Assembly (NCBI GenBank): GCA_964474985.1
Contig: CAYYUW010000040.1
Span: 5,383 to 69,382, forward strand
Source: an uncultured Alistipes sp.
GTDB lineage: Bacteria > Bacteroidota > Bacteroidia > Bacteroidales > Rikenellaceae
DNA length: 64,000 bases
Reading direction: 5' to 3'
Shown here: positions 31,901 to 41,430 of the stretch, one piece after another
How the letters are laid out: each line of letters opens with the position of its first letter
How positions within the stretch are numbered: the stretch's first letter is position 1
Made by a program: the position numbers and the translations under genes
The notes under the pieces: generated by a model
Told to the model about the DNA's origin: nothing
The model's input: the letters and a program-made list of their open reading frames with translations, nothing else
Database searches by the model: none

Positions 31901-32098
31901 CAGCGCTGGCTGAAGAAGTGCGGCTTCGCTTCGATCCGCGTCTACGCCACTCTGCAGAATGTCTATACGTGGACCGGCTATTCGGGTTACGATCCTGAAA
32001 TCGGCGCCTTCAACCAGTCGGCTCTGATGCAGAACTACGATGTGGGCCGTTATCCTACTCCGCGAATGTACACGTTCGGACTCAATATCGGTTTCTAA
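28913..32098 (+). CDS. susC: SusC-like TonB-dependent transporter
   Basis: VVVIGYG, VLKDASATAIYGAAGANGVVIINT, YLRIQNITLGY, C-terminal F. Confidence 0.96.
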   Translation: MNKLTLLILSLFLSVQVMAQAQRVSGTVTSATDGQPLPGVGVIEKGTTNGVSTDLDGSFTITLKGGAPAVLVFQCLGYATQEIAVQKGQSALDVKLADDTQIVEDVVVIGYGTVKRSDVTGSVASVSADKLKTTAITNADQMLQGRVSGVQVTQNSGAPGGAASIRVRGAASITSSNEPLYVIDGIPFSGDGTDIGGFDWAGGSNGQSKVNPLSTIAPSDIVSMDVLKDASATAIYGAAGANGVVIINTRRGEKGSVKLNYDGQFAVQTAAKKIEMMNLSQYAQYQKELSDLYPAVDVDEAFLDPSILGEGTDWQDAIFRTAYMHSHSLSLSGGSEKFQFAASAGYMNQDGTIDGSSFERYNARFNGDGTVNSWLKAGGSLAFTHTDEIITRQDGNDGVIMQALTMQPSVPVYDFEGNFAGPTSIYGSSAYNPLWQARMQNNSLVRNRVMGNFYLQVDPVKNLNIRSEFGYDLSDNKNKSFIPSYDFGNGVANSLNQMYQREEHSIFWIWKNFATYNVTFCEKHNLSVMAGFEAQKSAWEGISLRKTGFSTNDIPVMTEDGTFGSNTGWKDEATKASVFGRLNYNYDERYLLTATLRADGSSKFGSNNVWGYFPSAAFAWRISNEQFLRNSQSVSNLKLRLGYGKVGNDNIGTYKYGSTMLAMLSPFTGSAYRVLNISNPDLMWEASEQYNVGLDLGLWNNRLTITLDAYQKQSQKLLLQVSVPSYLGGSDQWDIQTPVVNIGQTRNRGFDLSINAVPVQKGDFAWNSALVVSLNRNKVMALNDDSQVLYGGIGTYFSAAFNTASLIKVGQPMGVFYGYVTDGYFEDEQDVLSSAVQVEDGSNPGLNLYNKTSGVWVGDVKFKDLNNDGRIDDNDQTIIGDPNPDFTFGFNNTFTYKNLELTVGLTGVCGGDILNVARYRTEAMNNQWDNQSVRVINRAQIGTDEAGNASLLNGASATTPRPALNDINGNNRMSDRWIEDGSYLRIQNITLGYNLPQRWLKKCGFASIRVYATLQNVYTWTGYSGYDPEIGAFNQSALMQNYDVGRYPTPRMYTFGLNIGF

Positions 32099-32119
32099 CA
32101 ACTTAAAACACCGAAAAAG

Positions 32120-33889
32120 ATGAAAAAATTCATAAAATATGCAGGTTTGTCTCTTGTGGCGCTGGCCGCTACCGCCTGCTCGGACTTCCTGAAGGTCAAC
32201 CCGCAGGATTCGCAGGTGAAGGAGACCTACTACAAATCCGCCGAGGCCGTGCGTCAGAATACCGCTTCACTGTACGGAGTGGTGTGGTTCGACTTCTCGT
32301 GCCGCTTTATGTATATGGGCGGCGATATGCTCGCCGGCGACCTCTTCTACACCTACGCCGATGAGGGCCAGTTCTACCTCAATACCGTACAGCCCGGCAA
32401 CCAGTATTCGCTTTCGGGCTGGCGCGGACTCTACCGCGTGGTCTCCTATGCCAATGCCATAATCAACGAGATGCCCGAAGCGGCGCGTTCGAACGGTGTC
32501 GCCGAGAGCGTCATCGAGGCGGCTTTGGGCGAGGCCTACACCTTCCGCGCTATGGCTTACTACTATCTGACCGAGTACTGGCACGAGGTGCCTATCATCG
32601 AGAATGCCACCGATCTGATTACCTCGGGCAATCCGAGCGACATCTACGTGAACAAAAACACGCAGTCGAACCTCTACCGCTTTATATGCGAGGATCTGGA
32701 GCGTGCCATATCTATGCTGCCCGCGAGCGACGAGGCCGGCCGCGTGACGAAATATTCGGCTGAAGGCCTTTTGGCCAAGGTCTACCTGACCCGCGGCTGC
32801 TACGAGCATAAGGCCGAGTACTTCGACAAGGCCAAGAGCCACGCCGAGGATGTCATAAAGAACGGTCCGCAGCTCTATCCCAACTACTCCGAGCTGTACG
32901 AGGTCGCAGGCAACAACTGCTCCGAGTCGCTCATAGCCATACAGTGCCTGACGGGCGGTTACGGCTACGGCAACTCTCGCTCGACCGAGTGGGGCCGCCG
33001 CGACGCCCTGACCGGCGTATCGTGCTGGGGTGCGGGCAAGGGTCCCACCCTGTCGCTTCAGGAGGAGTTCGAGAAGCACCCGAACGACGGCCGCCGCAAG
33101 TGGGTCTATATGAAGGACGGCGACACCTATCCCACGTTAGGAATAGGTCAGGAGGATTATCCCGACGGATATGTCTACGGCATCTTCTCGATGGACGGCT
33201 CCACCGAAACCAACAACGAGTGCATGTCGCACATTAAGAAATATGTCATCAACTCCGACAACGGCGCCCACATCGGCACGATGCAGGATGCCTCGAACAA
33301 CCTCTATCTGCTGCGTGTGGCCGACGTTTACTTCGTCTATGCCGAGGCCTGCCTCGCCGGCGATATCAACGCTACGCTTACCGACGCCACGGCCATAGGG
33401 TATGTCAATCAGGTGCTCAATCGCGGCGGCGACAGCGACGCCGGCTATACGGTCGAGTCGCTCACTTACGAGGAGCTTATCAAGGAGCGCCGCAAGGAGT
33501 TCGCTATGGAGGGCTGCAACTGGTTCGACATCAAGCGTATGTATTATCTCGACCCGACCGCTGCACTGCGTTATCTGAACGATATGTACCGCGACAAAGT
33601 GTGGGTATTCGACTGGACGACCTTCGGCGAGCAGTACGGCACCTCCTACACTGAGGAGCAGATGTACGAGGCGCGCAACGATATGTCGTACTACCACCGC
33701 AACTGGTACACCACCGTGGACAACGAGAACTTCGAAGATGTCGGCCCGAACCCGACGCCTAATACCGACAACCGCGCTGCGGCCATTGTGATGCAGCCGT
33801 CGAATATGGTCATCGCCCTGCCTTCGGAGGTTACCACCAAGGCCCCGATCCTGCTGGAGCCGGCTGTAGATTATTATGCTAACAAATAA
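32120..33889 (+). CDS. susD: SusD/RagB-like lipoprotein
   Basis: Lipobox TACSDFL, GEAYTFRA, LRVADVYFVYAEA, ERRKEFAMEG.NWFD. Confidence 0.94.
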   Translation: MKKFIKYAGLSLVALAATACSDFLKVNPQDSQVKETYYKSAEAVRQNTASLYGVVWFDFSCRFMYMGGDMLAGDLFYTYADEGQFYLNTVQPGNQYSLSGWRGLYRVVSYANAIINEMPEAARSNGVAESVIEAALGEAYTFRAMAYYYLTEYWHEVPIIENATDLITSGNPSDIYVNKNTQSNLYRFICEDLERAISMLPASDEAGRVTKYSAEGLLAKVYLTRGCYEHKAEYFDKAKSHAEDVIKNGPQLYPNYSELYEVAGNNCSESLIAIQCLTGGYGYGNSRSTEWGRRDALTGVSCWGAGKGPTLSLQEEFEKHPNDGRRKWVYMKDGDTYPTLGIGQEDYPDGYVYGIFSMDGSTETNNECMSHIKKYVINSDNGAHIGTMQDASNNLYLLRVADVYFVYAEACLAGDINATLTDATAIGYVNQVLNRGGDSDAGYTVESLTYEELIKERRKEFAMEGCNWFDIKRMYYLDPTAALRYLNDMYRDKVWVFDWTTFGEQYGTSYTEEQMYEARNDMSYYHRNWYTTVDNENFEDVGPNPTPNTDNRAAAIVMQPSNMVIALPSEVTTKAPILLEPAVDYYANK

Positions 33890-33901
33890 CAGATAACGAG
33901 T

Positions 33902-35107
33902 ATGAAAAACATAATGAAGAGTCTGCTGCTCACGCTTGCGGTCGGTCTTATGGCGATCGGCTGCGACAACGAGCCTACCGACAGCACGGCTCAACCCGTC
34001 ATAAAGTATGTACGTTCGACCGAGGCCGAGAAATCCGATTCGCTCATAACCGGTGCGGCTATGGGTCAGACCGTCGCAATCATCGGCAGCGGATTGGAAG
34101 GCGTTGTCAAGGCGCGTTTCAACGATCAGGAGGCCAAACTCAATCCGGTCTACGTAACCGAACACTCGATCATCTGCACCGTGCCCAACACGATGCCCAC
34201 CGAGATCACCAACACTCTGACCCTCACCACGGCCAAGGGCAAGACCTGCGTTCACGACTTCGCCGTGGCGATTCCCCGTCCCGCACCCTCGTCGATCAGC
34301 TGCGAGTGGGCGGCCGACGGAGCTACGGCTGTCATCTACGGCCGCTACTTCTTCCCCCGCGAGGGAGGCGGCATCGACGTGCTGTTCCCGGGCAACCTGA
34401 AGGCGGCTGTGCAGTCGTTCGACGAGCAGTCGATCACCGTGACCGTTCCCGAGGGTGCACTGGGCGGCGTGATATCCGTCACCAACGACTACGGCACAGG
34501 ACGTTCGTCGTTCCTGTTCCGCGACCGGACGGGCTTGATAATCGACGGCGACAACCGCGCCGATTGGGACAACTGGAACTACTCGGGCAACTTCGTGCGC
34601 GAGGATGCCGAGAGCATTGACGGCAGCTATATCTTCTTCACCGGTACTTCGGCCGCGTGGAACTGGAATACCAACGGTTTGGCGCTCTACTTCTTCAATG
34701 TGGACGCCGACGGCCACGTGATAACTCCCCTGATCGAGGCGGGCGACGATCCGATGTCCTACTCGCTGAAGTTCGAGGCCAACATCAAGTCGTGGAAAGA
34801 CGCGCCGATGCTGATATGGTTCACCGGACTCTACAACACATTCTCCTGCGACGGCGAGGAGGCGCAGTATCACTGGAAGCCGTATCTCAATGCCGGCGGT
34901 GCCGAAACCGACGGCTGGGTTACCGTGACGATTCCCCTGTCGGAGTTCGTGCTGGACAAGGAGGAGTCCGTGACCAACCGCAAGATCGCCGAGGGCGATA
35001 TGGGCAGCCTGTGTATGTTCTGGTTCGGCGCACTTAGCGACGAGTCGAACAACGGTTCGCCGATCGAGGTTTACATCGATAACGTCCGTGTGGTTAAAAC
35101 CAAATAA
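33902..35107 (+). CDS. Surface glycan-binding lipoprotein (IPT/TIG plus glycan-binding domain)
   Basis: Lipobox, IPT-like repeats, SLKFE..., WVTVTIPLSEF, IDNVRVV; position after susD. Confidence 0.82.
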   Translation: MKNIMKSLLLTLAVGLMAIGCDNEPTDSTAQPVIKYVRSTEAEKSDSLITGAAMGQTVAIIGSGLEGVVKARFNDQEAKLNPVYVTEHSIICTVPNTMPTEITNTLTLTTAKGKTCVHDFAVAIPRPAPSSISCEWAADGATAVIYGRYFFPREGGGIDVLFPGNLKAAVQSFDEQSITVTVPEGALGGVISVTNDYGTGRSSFLFRDRTGLIIDGDNRADWDNWNYSGNFVREDAESIDGSYIFFTGTSAAWNWNTNGLALYFFNVDADGHVITPLIEAGDDPMSYSLKFEANIKSWKDAPMLIWFTGLYNTFSCDGEEAQYHWKPYLNAGGAETDGWVTVTIPLSEFVLDKEESVTNRKIAEGDMGSLCMFWFGALSDESNNGSPIEVYIDNVRVVKTK

Positions 35108-35119
35108 TGCTGTTCGATT

Positions 35120-37585
35120 ATGAAAAGAAAACTTATATATCTGACAATGATGCTCGCGGGGGTGTTCGCGCTGACCGCGTGCAGCAATGACGGTAACGAA
35201 TTTCCGTGGGACGATACCGAAAGCAGTGCGGTGGTGCTCGAATCGTTCGGCCCCTGCCCGATGATCCGCGGCGGTGAGATCCGTTTCATCGGCAAGAACC
35301 TCGACAAGGTGACCGAGGTGGTGCTGCCCGATAATCTGAAGATCACCGACATAAAGAAAAAGTCGTCAACGGAGATATCCGTCGTGGTGCCTCAGGAGGC
35401 CGCAGTGGGTTACGTGAAGCTCGTACACCCCAAAGGCACGATTACTTCGAAGACGATGATCGCCTACACCGAAGCCTTCACCATTACCTCCGTATCGCCG
35501 CTGGATACTCCGGTGCGCTACGGCGACAACATTACGATCGAGGGCGACTATCTGAACAATATCGTGAACGTAGCCTTTATGGACGACGCACTGGTGGGTG
35601 AGGAGGACTTCATCTCTCGCACCCGCTACAAGTTGGTCGTTCCCGTTCCCAAGAATGCCAAGAGCGGCAAGATACAGGTTCTCGATGCCGAAGATCTGAA
35701 TGTCTACTCCAACGATGAGATTACGGTGCTCCAGCCTGTTGCCGGAGCCGCCTCGCCGGCTGCCGTCAAGGCGGGTGAGCTGCTCAAGATCGACGGCACC
35801 GATATGGATCTTGTCGAGAGCGTGGTATTCGCCGGCGGCGCTGCGGTTGCTGCCGAGGATTTCGACAGCGTCTCTGAAGGTGCCATAGTGGTTCCTGTGC
35901 CGGCCGACGCTCAGGACGGTGCTGTCACCGTCATATCCTATGCCGGCGAGAGCAGCACGGCCGAGAACGAGATCGTGCTTGCCGTGCCTACCGGACTTAA
36001 GGTCGAGGCCGAAAGCCGCTTCAAGGCCGGTCTGAATGTAATCGTCTCGGGCAAGGATCTCGATTTGGTTACCGCATTGGCATTTGCCGAAGGCGTGGAT
36101 GCCGAATTTACCTATGCCGACGGCAAGATTACTGCAGCCATTCCCGCCACGGCCGTTAACGGAGCGCTGACGCTGACGCTCGCTTCGACCAAGACGGTCA
36201 CGACCGATCCGATCGAGCTTGTCGTGCCGACTGTGAACAATTGCGCCGCAACCGTTATGGCCGGCGAGACCTTCACCGTCTCGGGTGCCGATTTGGATCT
36301 TGTGACCGGCGTCACTGTAGCGGGTGTCAAGCACGATTTCGTCGCCACTGAGAACGAGATCGTCATAACAACTACCGCCACCACGCAGTCTGGCGCCGTA
36401 GTCTTCACGTTGGACAACGGCACGAAGGTTACCGCCGCCGAATCGATCGAAGTGACTTACGACTCGATGATCATCATCTCCACGATGCCCTCGAGCGCAT
36501 CGGTCGGCGAGTCGATCACCATTACCGGTTCGAACTTCAATATGATCGAGTCGATCTACTTCGGCTCGACCAAGGTCGTATCCTACTCCAAGCGTGCCGA
36601 CGACGAAATGTCGTTCATCATTCCCGCCGAGACGCAAACGGGCAGCTACAACCTCACGATGATCCTCACTACGGGCGATACCGAATACTCGCCTCAGACT
36701 ATCGATGTTCGCGGCGCAATCTCGACCGTAGTGGTATGGGAGGGCGAATGTGCCTTCGGCGGCTGGGCGCACTATCAGGAGATCGCAGGTTCGGCTCTGG
36801 CCCATATCCCCGCAGGTGCTACGATGGTCATCGAATACAAGGACGCCATAGCCGACTCGTGGCCGCAGCTCTCCGTCAAGTCCAAGGCCGACGGCTGGCC
36901 GATGCTGCCCTGCTTCCCGGGCAACGAGTGGGGCGTAGTCGATATGGACGCCTCGGCCAACAGCTACTCCTTCACCGTGGACCGCGAGTCGCTGCTTGCG
37001 GCATATACCTACGGTTTGGTGCTGGCCGGTCAGAATATGACCGTTACCCGCGCATACTTCACCTTCGAGAACGGCGATGCCGAACCGGTGTTCATCTCGG
37101 ACATCATTCTGGTGGACTACGAGACCCACAGCGGTCACGACGGTTCGTGGGACGGCTCGTGGAGCGGTACGACCAGCTTGGTTACCGAAAACGGCAACAG
37201 CTACGTGCGCTCTACGGTCACTTCGTCGGGCGAGACGTGGTTTGTGAACTGCAACCACCAGAGCGACATCGGCTTCGGTGCCGACTACTACAAGGTGGCC
37301 AATGCCGAGAACTACGTGCTTAAGTTCGATATCAAGATCGAGGAGGGCGTCACCGGCGCATCGGCTGCGACTATGCAGGCCGTGCTGGGCGACGGCTGGA
37401 ATTGGTATGGCGCAGGCTTCTTCCCCGAGACCACGGGCGGCAAGTGGAAGACCGTGTCGATTCCTCTGACTTTCTGGGGCAAGAGCGGCGCTCTCGACTG
37501 CTCGTCGGGCACCAACGGTATGTACGGCGGCAATATTCCTGCCGGAATCTGCATCGACAATATGCGTCTGTCGCTGGCCGAATAA
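35120..37585 (+). CDS. Large surface glycan-binding lipoprotein with tandem IPT/TIG repeats
   Basis: Lipobox LTAC, repeated G.DLDLV..V.F units, C-terminal CBM-like domains (LKFDIK, WKTVSIPL, IDNMRL). Confidence 0.8.
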   Translation: MKRKLIYLTMMLAGVFALTACSNDGNEFPWDDTESSAVVLESFGPCPMIRGGEIRFIGKNLDKVTEVVLPDNLKITDIKKKSSTEISVVVPQEAAVGYVKLVHPKGTITSKTMIAYTEAFTITSVSPLDTPVRYGDNITIEGDYLNNIVNVAFMDDALVGEEDFISRTRYKLVVPVPKNAKSGKIQVLDAEDLNVYSNDEITVLQPVAGAASPAAVKAGELLKIDGTDMDLVESVVFAGGAAVAAEDFDSVSEGAIVVPVPADAQDGAVTVISYAGESSTAENEIVLAVPTGLKVEAESRFKAGLNVIVSGKDLDLVTALAFAEGVDAEFTYADGKITAAIPATAVNGALTLTLASTKTVTTDPIELVVPTVNNCAATVMAGETFTVSGADLDLVTGVTVAGVKHDFVATENEIVITTTATTQSGAVVFTLDNGTKVTAAESIEVTYDSMIIISTMPSSASVGESITITGSNFNMIESIYFGSTKVVSYSKRADDEMSFIIPAETQTGSYNLTMILTTGDTEYSPQTIDVRGAISTVVVWEGECAFGGWAHYQEIAGSALAHIPAGATMVIEYKDAIADSWPQLSVKSKADGWPMLPCFPGNEWGVVDMDASANSYSFTVDRESLLAAYTYGLVLAGQNMTVTRAYFTFENGDAEPVFISDIILVDYETHSGHDGSWDGSWSGTTSLVTENGNSYVRSTVTSSGETWFVNCNHQSDIGFGADYYKVANAENYVLKFDIKIEEGVTGASAATMQAVLGDGWNWYGAGFFPETTGGKWKTVSIPLTFWGKSGALDCSSGTNGMYGGNIPAGICIDNMRLSLAE

Positions 37586-37657
37586 ATCAAAGGATGTGGC
37601 GGGGCCGGCAGGCTCCGCTGCATCTGCATTGAGTTAATAACGAATTGAATTACATAT

Positions 37658-39082
37658 ATGAAAAAGATTCTTTTATATGCCGTTACGGCTTTGCTGTCAG
37701 TAGCTTTGGCCGGTTGCAACGATGAGATCGAACTGCCCGACGTGCCGCAGCAGGTACCGACGGTCGAGTCGGTGTCGATCGCGGCCGATGCTCCCGTCTC
37801 GCTCGACCTCGACGAGATCTTCATGATATGGTCCACTCCGATCGAACTCGTCGGCGACGGCGTTTCGGTGAACGGTACTCCCGTTGCGGCGCGCGCTGCC
37901 AACAAGCACCTGTTCGTTTCGCTCGAGAACATAGATCTGCAATACGCCACAACCTATACTGTGTCGGTTCCGCATACCGCGATAATGAATAAGGGTACAG
38001 GCCAAATGGCTGCCGACTACTCGTTCTCGTTCACTACCGAGGCAGCGCCGGTGGTTGTGCCCGACGTGCCCGCGAAAGTCGACTTTACTATCGACGAGGC
38101 TCCGAATGCTTCGGGTGCGGCCGCACGTACGCTCTACGACTATCTCAAGAGCCAGTTCGGCACCAAGTGCCTCTCGTCGACTATGGCCGAGGTGAACTGG
38201 AACATCGATAACGCCGAGTGGGTGGCCACACAAACAGGCAAGTATCCGGCTATGACCTGCTTCGATCTGATTCAGTACACCCGCCGCGGAACCGGCTATG
38301 ACACGTGGGTGGATTACAATGCCCTGACCGACAATGCTATAGCGTGGGCTGCCGACGGCGGCATCGTGTCGCTCATGTGGCACTGGCTCGATCCTTCGCG
38401 TGAGACCGACGCCTTTTACAGCAGCGGCGAGGGCACGACCACTTCGTTCGACGTGTCGAAGATCTCCGACCCTTCGTCCGCGGAGTATGCAGCCGTGATA
38501 GCCGACATCGACGAAATAGCCACTCATCTGCTCAAGCTCAAGCAGGCCGGTGTGGCCGTGGTATGGCGCCCGCTGCACGAGGCTGAAGGTTCGCCGCGCT
38601 ACGGTGCGTGGTTCTGGTGGGGCGCCAAGGGCGCCGAGCCTTGCAAGGCCCTGTGGCGACTGATGTACGACCGTTTGGTGAACCACCACGGATTGGATAA
38701 CCTGCTGTGGGTGTGGACTGTGTCGATCGATACGGGCTATGACTACAACTGGTATGAGGATGCGCGTACGTGGTACCCGGGTGCCGAGTACGTGGATATC
38801 GTGGGTATAGATATTTACGACGATGCTGCGGCGCACGCATCGCACGCCGAGCTGTTCAAGAAGACCGCTATGGTGGCCGACTGCCGCAAGATCGTGGCTC
38901 TGACCGAGACCGGTTATATTCCCGATGCCGAGAAGATGGCTGCCGACGGAACCGTATGGGCATACTATATGCCTTGGTACGGCGACTACACTACCGCCGA
39001 GCGCTACAACGGCACCTACTGGCAGGTGTCTTTTGCCTCGCCGTCGATCGTGACCCGCGACCAGCTTCCTCCTCTGAAGTAA
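37658..39082 (+). CDS. GH26 beta-mannanase lipoprotein with N-terminal Ig-like domain
   Basis: WRPLHEAEG..WFWWG, WYPG.EYVDIVG.DIY, ALTETG. Confidence 0.92.
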   Translation: MKKILLYAVTALLSVALAGCNDEIELPDVPQQVPTVESVSIAADAPVSLDLDEIFMIWSTPIELVGDGVSVNGTPVAARAANKHLFVSLENIDLQYATTYTVSVPHTAIMNKGTGQMAADYSFSFTTEAAPVVVPDVPAKVDFTIDEAPNASGAAARTLYDYLKSQFGTKCLSSTMAEVNWNIDNAEWVATQTGKYPAMTCFDLIQYTRRGTGYDTWVDYNALTDNAIAWAADGGIVSLMWHWLDPSRETDAFYSSGEGTTTSFDVSKISDPSSAEYAAVIADIDEIATHLLKLKQAGVAVVWRPLHEAEGSPRYGAWFWWGAKGAEPCKALWRLMYDRLVNHHGLDNLLWVWTVSIDTGYDYNWYEDARTWYPGAEYVDIVGIDIYDDAAAHASHAELFKKTAMVADCRKIVALTETGYIPDAEKMAADGTVWAYYMPWYGDYTTAERYNGTYWQVSFASPSIVTRDQLPPLK

Positions 39083-39089
39083 CGACGGA

Positions 39090-40172
39090 ATGAATATGAA
39101 AAGATTCGTTTGTATTCTGTCGATTGCAGCGCTCGTCTCCTGTTCGGGCGGCGCGAAGGCTCCCGTCGGGGAACCTTCGCCCGCCGACGGACTGCGCGAC
39201 CTGCTGGCCGACTGTGCGGCGCAGGGGCGCGTGATGTATGGGCATCAGGACGATCTGGCCTATGGCCACACATGGTGCTACGAAGTCGGACGCTCCGATG
39301 TCAAGGAGGTGTGCGGCTCGTATCCGGCCATTTGCGGTTGGGACCTCGGCAAGATCGAGTGCGACTCGGCCCGCAATCTCGACGGCATTCCGTTCGACTA
39401 TATGCGCGAGCGCATCATCGAGCACGATGCCCGCGGCGGTATCAATACCGTGTCGTGGCATTCGTTCAACCCTGCCGGCGGCGATGCTTGGACCGTCGGC
39501 GAGCGGGTTGTTGCGACTCTGCTGCCCGACAGCGCCCGCCACGAGATGTTCGTTCACTATTTGGACCGTGTGGCCGACTTTATGCTTTCGCTGCGCCGTG
39601 CCGACGGAAAGGCCGTTCCGGTAATCTTCCGCCCGTGGCACGAACATACGGGCAGCTGGTTCTGGTGGGGCAAGCAGTGGTGCACCCCCGAGGAGTACCG
39701 TATGCTGTGGCGTATGACGCGCGAGAGAATGGAGCAGCGCGGCGTCGACAACATCGTATGGGCCTATTCGCCCGGGTCGGAGGGCGACGCCGAGGAGTAT
39801 ATGGAACGTTTCCCGGGTACGGAGTATGTCGACCTGTTGGGACTGGACATATACCAGAATGGCGCCGAAGGCTCGCAGCAGTATGCCGAGCAGCTCGACC
39901 GCAAGCTGGGCGAACTGACGGCGCTCGGCAAGAGTACAGGACTGCCGATCGCGGTGACCGAGACGGGACTCGAGTCGCTGCCCGTGGCCGACTGGTGGAC
40001 AGGGGTGCTGTGGCCCGTAATCGAGAAGTATCCGGTAAGCTATGTGCTGACGTGGCGCAATGCGTGGGATCGCGAAACCCACTTCTATGCACCGTTTGCC
40101 GGACAGGCTTCCGCCGGCGACTTCGCGGCTTTCGCATCGCTGCCGCGGGTGGCGATGCTCGACGATATGTAG
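39090..40172 (+). CDS. GH26 beta-mannanase (ManA-like, mannobiose producing)
   Basis: YGHQDDLAYG, FRPWHEHTGSWFWWG, AVTETG, TWRNA. Confidence 0.92.
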   Translation: MNMKRFVCILSIAALVSCSGGAKAPVGEPSPADGLRDLLADCAAQGRVMYGHQDDLAYGHTWCYEVGRSDVKEVCGSYPAICGWDLGKIECDSARNLDGIPFDYMRERIIEHDARGGINTVSWHSFNPAGGDAWTVGERVVATLLPDSARHEMFVHYLDRVADFMLSLRRADGKAVPVIFRPWHEHTGSWFWWGKQWCTPEEYRMLWRMTRERMEQRGVDNIVWAYSPGSEGDAEEYMERFPGTEYVDLLGLDIYQNGAEGSQQYAEQLDRKLGELTALGKSTGLPIAVTETGLESLPVADWWTGVLWPVIEKYPVSYVLTWRNAWDRETHFYAPFAGQASAGDFAAFASLPRVAMLDDM

Positions 40173-40193
40173 AACACTCCATCTTTAATCGAT

Positions 40194-41363
40194 ATGACTT
40201 TTAAGGAACAGATCGAACGCCTGACAGCCCGACACGAGGCTCTCATAACACGTCCCAACGAGCGGTTGGAGAGCACCAACGGCATATACTGCCGGTATCG
40301 TTACCCGATTCTGACGGCCGAGCATACGCCGCTGTTCTGGCGCTACGATTTCGATGAACGCAGCAATCCACTGCTGTTGGAGCGGATCGGTATGAATGCC
40401 ACGCTCAACTCGGGGGCCATACACTGGAACGGCCGCTACCTGTTGGTGGTGCGTGTCGAAGGCGTTGACCGCAAGTCGTTTTTCGCCGTGGCCGAGTCGC
40501 CCAACGGCGTTGACAACTTCCGCTTTTGGGACTACCCGATGACGATGCCCGATACCGACGATCCTGCTACCAATATTTATGATATGCGTCTGACAGCACA
40601 CGAGGACGGCTGGATATACGGCATCTTCTGCGCCGAGCGGCGCGACAGGACCGCAAAGGCAGGCGACCTCTCGGCGGCTACGGCGACGGCCGGCATAGCG
40701 CGCACCCGCGATATGAAGACGTGGGAGCGGCTGCCCGATCTCCGTTCGCGCAGCCAGCAGCGCAATGTCGTGCTGCATCCCGAGTTCGTCGGGGGCAAAT
40801 ATGCCCTTTACACCCGTCCGCAGGACGGATTTATCGATACGGGCAGCGGCGGCGGCATCGGCTGGGCGTTGGTGGACGATATGACGGCTGCCGAGGTGCA
40901 CGACGAGCGCATCATCAACCTGCGGCATTACCACACCATCAAGGAGGTGAAGAACGGCGAGGGTCCGCACCCGATCCGCACTCCGCAGGGGTGGTTGCAT
41001 CTGGCGCACGGCGTGCGCGGCTGCGCCTCGGGACTGCGTTATGTACTTTATATGTATATGACGGCGTTGGACGAGCCGTGGCGTGTAATCGCCGAGCCGG
41101 CCGGATACTTCATGGCCCCAGTGGGCGGGGAGTATGTGGGCGACGTGATGAATGTGCTGTTCTCGAACGGCTGGATAGCCGATGACGACGGCCGCGTGCT
41201 GATCTACTATGCCTCGAGCGATACGCGTATGCATGTGGCCGAGTCCTCGGTCGAGCGGCTGGTGGACTACTGCCTCCACTCGCCCGCCGACGGCTTCACC
41301 ACTTCGTCGTCCGTAGAGACGCTGAAGCGGATGATAGACCGCAATCTGAAAATAATTCGCTAA
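40194..41363 (+). CDS. mgp: GH130 4-O-beta-D-mannosyl-D-glucose phosphorylase
   Basis: RVEG.DRKSFFAVAES, YDMRLT.HEDG, YTRPQDGF, YHTIKEVKNGEGP. Confidence 0.92.
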   Translation: MTFKEQIERLTARHEALITRPNERLESTNGIYCRYRYPILTAEHTPLFWRYDFDERSNPLLLERIGMNATLNSGAIHWNGRYLLVVRVEGVDRKSFFAVAESPNGVDNFRFWDYPMTMPDTDDPATNIYDMRLTAHEDGWIYGIFCAERRDRTAKAGDLSAATATAGIARTRDMKTWERLPDLRSRSQQRNVVLHPEFVGGKYALYTRPQDGFIDTGSGGGIGWALVDDMTAAEVHDERIINLRHYHTIKEVKNGEGPHPIRTPQGWLHLAHGVRGCASGLRYVLYMYMTALDEPWRVIAEPAGYFMAPVGGEYVGDVMNVLFSNGWIADDDGRVLIYYASSDTRMHVAESSVERLVDYCLHSPADGFTTSSSVETLKRMIDRNLKIIR

Positions 41364-41369
41364 CTTTAC

Positions 41370-41408
41370 GCTCCGGACAGCAGCGAAATGCTGTCCGGAG
41401 CCTTTTTT
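41370..41408 (+). terminator. Intrinsic terminator-like hairpin inside the mannan locus
   Basis: Perfect 13-bp stem GCTCCGGACAGCA/TGCTGTCCGGAGC followed by CTTTTTT. Confidence 0.75.
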
Positions 41409-41430
41409 GAAACCTGAACCTTAATGCGAT

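Noticed and set aside
28949..32101. 1050-aa antisense ORF over susC, and similar long ORFs at 18461-20563, 33137-34873 and 35366-37258
   Set aside because: Shadow frames of well-supported genes; GC-rich codon bias removes stops on the opposite strand and the translations have no motifs
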